The translations under genes and the position numbers were made by a program. From an uncultured Chloroflexia bacterium (GTDB lineage: Bacteria; Chloroflexota; Ktedonobacteria; Ktedonobacterales; JADMIN01), in the NCBI GenBank assembly GCA_963810535.1, contig CAWENW010000027.1, positions 11,176 through 35,175 on the forward strand: a stretch of DNA of 24,000 bases, read 5' to 3'. The notes beneath the pieces are model-generated. The model made no database searches. It was not told the origin of the DNA and saw only the letters and a list, made by a program, of their open reading frames with translations. Below are positions 10,231-15,708 of the stretch, in pieces (position 1 is the stretch's first letter; each line of letters starts with the position of its first letter).

Positions 10231-10344
10231 GACGCCATTCGAGCATATCTGGAACGGCGAGCGCTACCAGCAGTTCCGCGCTGCGTTTGAGAGTGACACT
10301 CCCTGGCCGCAATGCGCGCCTGTGGGACGAAGTGGAGTCTGTAG
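10104..10344 (+). pseudogene. out-of-frame SPASM-domain C-terminus of the radical SAM gene (three 1-nt deletions)
   Basis: Frame 0 reads PWKGCQRPYKLAYITAHGNVYSCCF (10104-10199). Frame 2 reads PLSQKWLGNAFETPFEHIWNGERYQQFRAAFESDTPWPQCA (10196-10318). Frame 1 reads CGTKWSL-stop (10321-10344). Joined, they form a canonical SPASM/twitch ending. Confidence 0.65.
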
Positions 10345-10455
10345 TCTCTCTTGCTTTTCGGCGGCGGCGCCACACCGGCGGCGTCCGGCGGAGTATACTG
10401 CTCCTACGGCAATTGTACCAGTCGGCTTGTCGCCGGCAGAAAGGGAGGGGTGACT

Positions 10456-11037
10456 ATGCCTCCGTCCGATACCTCATACCAGACTCGTGACGTTAGAATT
10501 TTCGAAGAGTGGTCGCGTACCTACGAGGGCTCGTGGATGCAGAAACGGCTCTTCAATCGCGTCCACCAGGCTGTGCTCGACCTGGCGGCACCCCTTCCGC
10601 CACCCGCAGAAGTGCTCGACGTGGGCTGTGGAACTGGACGACTGTTGCGAGCCGCCGGGATGCGTTGGCCGGAGGCGCAGCTGATCGGAGTCGATCCCGC
10701 ACAAGGGATGGTGGATGCGGCGCAGCGGCTGACCCCCGCCGCCACGTTTCGCCGGGGCCTCGCCGAGTCGCTCCCTCTGCCCGACGCCAGTGTGGACCTG
10801 GTTGTGAGCACCCTTTCCTCTCATCACTGGCGTGATCCGGGTAAGGGAGTAGGCGAGATTGCCCGCGTGCTGCGCCCTGGGGGCCACTTTATTCTGGCTG
10901 ATTTCGGCTTGCCATGGTCCTGGCATGGGTCACATTCCATGGCCGGGGCATGCCCGCCGCCGCCAGGCAACGACTTTTCGGCGCGGCAGGCCTGCGAATT
11001 GAGCGGCAGCAGACGGTTGTCTATCCGTTTATCGTGA
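10456..11037 (+). CDS. class I SAM-dependent methyltransferase; 3' end frameshifted, likely native stop at 11058-11060
   Basis: ATG 10456 is preceded by AGGGAGGGG. Motif I is VLDVGCGTGRL, and the post-I and later motifs are LIGVDP and LRPGGHFILADF. After ~10910 the homologous-looking tail (VLAWVTFHGRGMPAAARQRLFGAAGLRIERQQTVVYPFIVITLASRS) is in the -1 frame. Confidence 0.8.
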   Translation: MPPSDTSYQTRDVRIFEEWSRTYEGSWMQKRLFNRVHQAVLDLAAPLPPPAEVLDVGCGTGRLLRAAGMRWPEAQLIGVDPAQGMVDAAQRLTPAATFRRGLAESLPLPDASVDLVVSTLSSHHWRDPGKGVGEIARVLRPGGHFILADFGLPWSWHGSHSMAGACPPPPGNDFSARQACELSGSRRLSIRLS

Positions 11038-11100
11038 TAACGCTGGCGTCTCGTTCCTAAGAAGCCAGCGACATGATTCAGTACGCCGCCACTCTGAAGG

Positions 11101-11131
11101 GATTAGATAATTGATACTATGTATCAATATC
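11101..11131. promoter_or_regulatory. AT-rich promoter-like segment containing a Fur-box-like palindrome GATAATTGATAC-TAT-GTATCAATATC
   Basis: There is a perfect 7-bp inverted repeat, TTGATAC (11111-11117) and GTATCAA (11121-11127). It extends to ~12-bp arms with one bulged base. The left arm resembles the GATAAT-type Fur box. This is the only strongly AT-rich patch in the gap. Confidence 0.4.
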
Positions 11132-11134
11132 TGG

Positions 11135-11545
11135 ACTGGACAAGACAAGCTAGGACCTGTTGGAGATAGGTGCTAGACTGTACTGAAGCGAATGCAATAG
11201 AACGACATAGCGCAAGAATACGAGACGAAGGATGTCAGGTACCCTATCCCCTGGAAGGGGATGGGCTTGTGAGGGAACGATACCCAAGCACGCCTGAACC
11301 TGACCAGACTCAGTCCGAACTCGGCAACGAGTTCTCGGACTACGATACCGGCGAATGTATAGGCACCTGTGGGTGACGTTCCAGCCCACAGCTCTGCGGC
11401 TCGTAGTTAAACTGACAGACAGGGTTCGAGTCCGTGCTGCGAGCACCTGAAACCGCTGGATATCCTTGTCGAGGAAAACATTACCTGGACGCCGCACGGC
11501 AACCAGAGGCCCGAGAAGGGCAGAAACGGTGTGCGCTATGACCTA
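11135..11545 (+). ncRNA. candidate IscB omega-RNA (HEARO-type RNA); boundaries approximate
   Basis: The 477-nt gap directly upstream of iscB has no credible ORF. It holds several stable local hairpins: 11242-11265, 11313-11340 (GCAA tetraloop), 11367-11391 and 11434-11446. IscB omega-RNAs are known to lie immediately 5' of the ORF and to overlap its start. Confidence 0.55.
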
Positions 11546-12866
11546 CATCTTTGTCGTCGATACCCAGAAACGTCCGCTTACCCCCGTTCACCCAGGAGCC
11601 GCCCGGCGATTACTTACGAAGGGCAAAGCGGCGGTGTGGCGACGCTACCCCTTCGCCATCATTCTCAAGCAGGCCAAACCCGACGAGGCTGCTCCGCCCC
11701 TTCGTCTCAAGATTGATCCCGGCTCGAAGACGACGGGACTGGCCATAGTTCACGACCTAACCGGGCAGGTTCCCTTTGCGGCAGAACTGACCCATCGCGG
11801 CCAGCAGGTCTGCGAGAGGTTGACGGCGCGTCGGGCGGCTCGCCAGGCTCGTCGCGCGCGTCATACACGCTATCGGCCGGCACGCTCCAATAACCGGATC
11901 AGAGCCGAAGGGTGGCTGGCCCCCTCGCTGGAGAGTCGCGTGCAGAACGTGCTCACCTGGGTACACCGGCTGGCACGCCTCTGCCCCATCACCGCTCTCT
12001 CCCTGGAACTCGTCAGGTTTGATACCCACGTGATGCAGAATCCGCAGATCAGCGGAGTGGAGTATCAGCAGGGCGAGCTGGCAGGCTATGAAGTGCGAGA
12101 ATACCTGTTGGAGAAGTGGCATCGGACCTGTGCGTACTGTGGAGCGACCAGCGTCCCGCTGCAGGTTGAGCATATTGTGCCCAGAAGCCGCGGCGGGTCT
12201 CATCGCATCAGTAATCTGACGCTCGCCTGTGCACGCTGCAATCTCGCCAAAGGCACACAGACAGCCGCCGAGTTTGGCCATCCTCAGGTCCAGGCACAAG
12301 CCAACCTGCCGTTGAACGATGCTGCGGCGGTCAACACGACTCGGTGGGTGCTGTATCAGCGTCTTCGGAGCCTGGGTCTCCCGCTGGAAACGGCAAGCGG
12401 TGGACGCACCAAGTGGAATCGCATCCAGCGGAACCTCCCCAAAACACATTGGCTGGATGCAACTTGCGTGGGGGCCAGCACCCCTGTCACACTTGGCGTT
12501 GCCTCCGTGCGGGCACTGCTCATCACGGCCAGGGGACGCGAGTCGCGGCAGATGTGCCTGATGGATACATATGGCTTCCCCAGGACATCGGCCAAAGGCC
12601 AACGACGGATCAAGGGGTTTGTGACGGGTGATCTGGTGCACGCCGTGGTAAGGTCTGGGACAAAGGTTGGGACCTATACCGGGAGGGTCGCCGTCCGTGC
12701 CTCCGGTTCGTTCAATATCACCACCCGTGGTGTGACCGTTGCGGGCATCAACCACCGGAATTGTCATGCCATCCAGCAGGCTGATGGCTATTCATATGAG
12801 AAAGGGGAACGCGCTTTCCTCCCGATCCCCCAAAAGGGAAGGGTCTCCAGCGCGAATGTTCTATGA
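11538..12866 (+). CDS. iscB: IscB RNA-guided endonuclease (OMEGA system; RuvC-HNH, Cas9 ancestor)
   Basis: 442 aa from ATG 11538. Domain order: PLMP-like N-terminus (RPLTPVHPGAARRLLTKGKA), RuvC-I (KIDPGSKTTGLAIV), Arg-rich bridge helix, RuvC-II (LSLELVRFD), HNH (CAYCG...VEHIVPRSRGG...NLTLACARCNLAKG), RuvC-III (THWLDATC), and a C-terminal beta domain (GDLV...GRVAVRASGSFNI). ORF-track TTG 11466 is probably an over-extension into the RNA gene. Confidence 0.9.
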   Translation: MTYIFVVDTQKRPLTPVHPGAARRLLTKGKAAVWRRYPFAIILKQAKPDEAAPPLRLKIDPGSKTTGLAIVHDLTGQVPFAAELTHRGQQVCERLTARRAARQARRARHTRYRPARSNNRIRAEGWLAPSLESRVQNVLTWVHRLARLCPITALSLELVRFDTHVMQNPQISGVEYQQGELAGYEVREYLLEKWHRTCAYCGATSVPLQVEHIVPRSRGGSHRISNLTLACARCNLAKGTQTAAEFGHPQVQAQANLPLNDAAAVNTTRWVLYQRLRSLGLPLETASGGRTKWNRIQRNLPKTHWLDATCVGASTPVTLGVASVRALLITARGRESRQMCLMDTYGFPRTSAKGQRRIKGFVTGDLVHAVVRSGTKVGTYTGRVAVRASGSFNITTRGVTVAGINHRNCHAIQQADGYSYEKGERAFLPIPQKGRVSSANVL

Positions 12867-13492
12867 CGTTTACACATGGCGTCAGCGCCCAGGAAATGAT
12901 TACCGCACTGGAGCAAGCCGGCTTACGCTCCACCCGCCCTCGTAACGCCATCATTGAACAGATCGCTGAGTGGGCCGCCGAAGGGAAAGATTTCAGCAGC
13001 GAGGAGCTCTGGCACGCCACCCAGCAGCATGCCCCCTGGATTGGCCGCGCCACCGCGTTCCGTACGGTTGAGCTGCTCAATGCTCTAGGCTTTCTCGATA
13101 GGGTGACCTTTGCCGACGGCAGCGAACGCTACCATTCGGTGCATCCGGGCACGCACCACCACCATCTGACATGCGCCGAGTGCCACCGGGTGGTCGCCAT
13201 CGACGCCTGCCTGCCGAACCAACTCCTTGAGAAGGTCGAGCGCCAGTCGGGATTCGCCATCTCCGGGCACCGGGTGGAGCTCTTCGGACGATGTCCCAGC
13301 TGCCAGGAGCGAGAACTCCCAAGACGGGAATCAAGTTGGTCTTCGCGGGTCGATTCCACACGGTGTCCCAGTACCGCGCCTGCCACCACGTCGATGAAAA
13401 GACCGGCATCTAGACAGCGACAATTGATGCTAACTGCTGTGGCGAGTTATCCGCGTCCGGCGCGGAAATCGTCACAATGCCGGACTTGTTGA
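12863..13492 (+). CDS. Fur-family metalloregulator (Fur/Zur/PerR type) with an unusual ~55-aa C-terminal tail
   Basis: Winged-helix part: LRSTRPRNAIIEQI...ATAFRTVELLNALGFL. Metal sites: HPGTHHHHLTCAECHRVV and GRCPSCQ. ATG 12863 overlaps the iscB stop (ATGA); the alternative start is ATG 12896. The conserved domain ends near 13310. Confidence 0.8.
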   Translation: MTFTHGVSAQEMITALEQAGLRSTRPRNAIIEQIAEWAAEGKDFSSEELWHATQQHAPWIGRATAFRTVELLNALGFLDRVTFADGSERYHSVHPGTHHHHLTCAECHRVVAIDACLPNQLLEKVERQSGFAISGHRVELFGRCPSCQERELPRRESSWSSRVDSTRCPSTAPATTSMKRPASRQRQLMLTAVASYPRPARKSSQCRTC

Positions 13493-14290
13493 TGCCACTG
13501 ACAGTCACTGTCTCATGCGACCCGCCGTCTAAGTCGCCCGCTGCGGGAGAGACCGAATAGCCATTCACATCGATCGCGCTCCAGCAAGAGCGGAGAACCG
13601 CCCATGTTGGCCACCTAAATGGAGAGCTGGCTCCCAGGACAGAGCGAGTAGAAGGGGACGCTTGTAGGTGAGACAGACAGATCGCGGGATTGGCGTTGCA
13701 GTGGGAGCAGGGGTAGGCGCAGGCGCCGCGGTACTGACCGGAGTGGAGCCTCCAGCTGTGGGAGAGCCACTTGGGAGTGGAGGCGCTGTGGGTACCGCTG
13801 TCTGGCCGGGACCAGCCGTCGCCACGATCTGGCCTGGACCGGCACCTGGCGTTCCACCGGTTTGGCCCGAACCAGCACCTGACGTGGACGAAGCACCGTT
13901 GGTGGGAGCCACGCCAGACGAGGAGCTGGAGTGGAAGGAATTGGCGTTGGCATTGGATGAGGCAAACACGGAGAAGCCACCACGCTGGGAGAGCGCCAGG
14001 ATCCCTGCACCCGCCAGCACTAGCGCCACCGCGAGTATGAGGCTAAGCACCCATACAAATGGCCATTGGCTCCGCGTTCGCGCGGCCGCCGGATGTCGCT
14101 GCGCCTGCCACTGAGAGGTGGGAGCCACCTGCGCCAGCCCAGCCCGGGTAGCATTGTTGGAGATCGCACCATCTTCTGGGTCCGGAAGAGACTGTGAAGC
14201 ATCGACCCTCGCACCGCAGATGGGACAGTGGCCGATGTAAAATTGCGCTGCAGTCAGACTAGCACCACATTCACCGCAGTAGCGCGACAT
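13410..14290 (-). pseudogene. zinc-ribbon / single-TM / low-complexity / Ig-like-domain protein, decayed paralog of 14570..15421
   Basis: The ORF 13565..14290 encodes the zinc ribbon (CGECG...CPICG), a TM helix and an S/T/P/G-rich linker. The C-terminal domain continues in other frames down to TAG 13410-13412 and aligns without gaps to the paralog. This requires two 1-nt insertions (~13681-13690 and 13584) and reading through an in-frame TAG at 13615-13617. Confidence 0.7.
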
Positions 14291-14569
14291 ACAATTTCTT
14301 CCTCCGACTGGCTGCTATTGCAGCAGCGGTGTCTCAGACTACTTCACCCATGAATACTAGAGTCACAATCAGTCGAAGGTAGCTCCTCAGTAATCAAGAC
14401 TGGCGCGAAATCGCCCAAGAATTTCTCGCTACGGGACCCGCTTCGGAGCGCTACACTTTACACTTCTAGTTTAACATAGGTGATTAGTTGCTGGAATATC
14501 CAAGTGACTTGACCAGACCGCCGGTATCATTCCCATCCGGCCTACAAAAATGGGCTGGAAGAGTACTCA

Positions 14570-15421
14570 CTATAGCGTGCAGGTGATAGTGACTTGCTGC
14601 GGCGAGTTGCTGGCTTTGTATCCGGATACGGTAACGATACCAGACTGGTCGATATTGCTTACCGTCACTGTTACCTGGAGTCCCGGGTCGATGGTTCCGA
14701 TCTTCGGCGAAATCGCATATTTGGTGACATTGGCCGACGCGTTCCAGATTAGGGCTGCGCCGCCGCTATTAGAAACGGTAAAACTTATCTTGGAACCGTA
14801 GCAGACCGCTATGGGCTTTGGCATGGTAGGCGTAACCACCAGGTAAGGCGGAGCTGGCGTCGCCGTAGGAGAGCTGGCAGGGGACGGAGCTGGCGAACCG
14901 ATAGGTGTGACGTCTGTCGACGTTGCAGAGACTATGGCCGAAGGTGAAGTAGTGGCCTGGCCGGGTAGTGAGATAGGCGTGCTGAGGGGCGCGCCCCCTC
15001 CGAAGGTGGAGGAGATGCTCGGACTCGGCGTCGCACCTGAAGACGCAGCCAACGCGGTGTTCGTTGCGCTGCCCAGCACCGTTCCGTCCTGGCCGCCGGT
15101 TCCTCCAGCAAAGTGCGCTAAGGCCAGGACACTGGCGCAGGCACACAGGAGTGCGACCGCGACCACCAGACTGATGATCCAGAGAGGGCGCCCCCTTTGC
15201 TTGGCGCTGCGGGCCGGAGTTGCCGGTGGCTGATACGGCTGGGTAGGAGTGCCGCTCGCTCCAAATGCGAAGTGGGTAGTCGCATCAAGGTGCAGACCCA
15301 AGTCTGGACTCACTTCCGAAGTTGACGCGTCAACTTCGGCGCCGCAGACTGGGCAGCGTCCGCTTGCTACCGCCTCGACGCTCAGGCTGTTTCCGCAGTG
15401 GCCGCAGTAGCGCACCATCAT
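14570..15421 (-). CDS. zinc-ribbon / single-TM / low-complexity / C-terminal Ig-like-domain membrane protein
   Basis: 283 aa. It has YCGHCG...CPVCG, the TM helix LWIISLVVAVALLCACASVLAL, an S/T/P/A-rich linker, and then a beta-rich domain (ISFTVSNSGGAALIWNA...VTVTVSN...SPQQVTITCTL). GGGGGTGAG lies upstream of the ATG. Confidence 0.8.
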   Translation of the reverse strand: MMVRYCGHCGNSLSVEAVASGRCPVCGAEVDASTSEVSPDLGLHLDATTHFAFGASGTPTQPYQPPATPARSAKQRGRPLWIISLVVAVALLCACASVLALAHFAGGTGGQDGTVLGSATNTALAASSGATPSPSISSTFGGGAPLSTPISLPGQATTSPSAIVSATSTDVTPIGSPAPSPASSPTATPAPPYLVVTPTMPKPIAVCYGSKISFTVSNSGGAALIWNASANVTKYAISPKIGTIDPGLQVTVTVSNIDQSGIVTVSGYKASNSPQQVTITCTL

Positions 15422-15708
15422 AGAGTCTCACCCCCTGGCAATTGGTCCTATACGTCTCACAAGAATTATTACTTTATCCATGGAGTAGATGGGGTGGCAT
15501 AATCAAGCCCACATGTGTCTTCTGGGCAGGTCATTTAAGGTAACCACACCCCATTCTGACGCGTCTCGCAGTGGAGTAGTCGGTAATTGGTTATACTCTA
15601 ATCATGCTGCAATAGAGTACGCGGCTAGGCTCGAGCCACGATCCTTCCAGGATTGCCGGAGCAGGAGGGCACGGGTGCATCTCGGCGCGGGAAGGAAGTT
15701 GCTGTCGT

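Noticed and set aside
11396-11450. Possible tRNA gene suggested by GGTTCGAGTCC
   Set aside because: Only the T-arm-like element is present. No acceptor-stem complement (CTCGCAG would be needed), D-arm or anticodon arm can be drawn, and the segment is too short.
11150-11497. 115-aa minus-strand ORF and 68-aa plus-strand ORF (11170..11376) inside the iscB upstream gap
   Set aside because: Neither has an RBS or a protein-like composition, and the region is full of RNA-type helices. A non-coding omega-RNA explains it better.
11757-12767. 336-aa minus-strand ORF antisense to iscB
   Set aside because: It is entirely antisense to a gene with unmistakable IscB motifs. Its composition is Arg/Pro/Gly-rich, as expected for a shadow ORF in GC-rich DNA.
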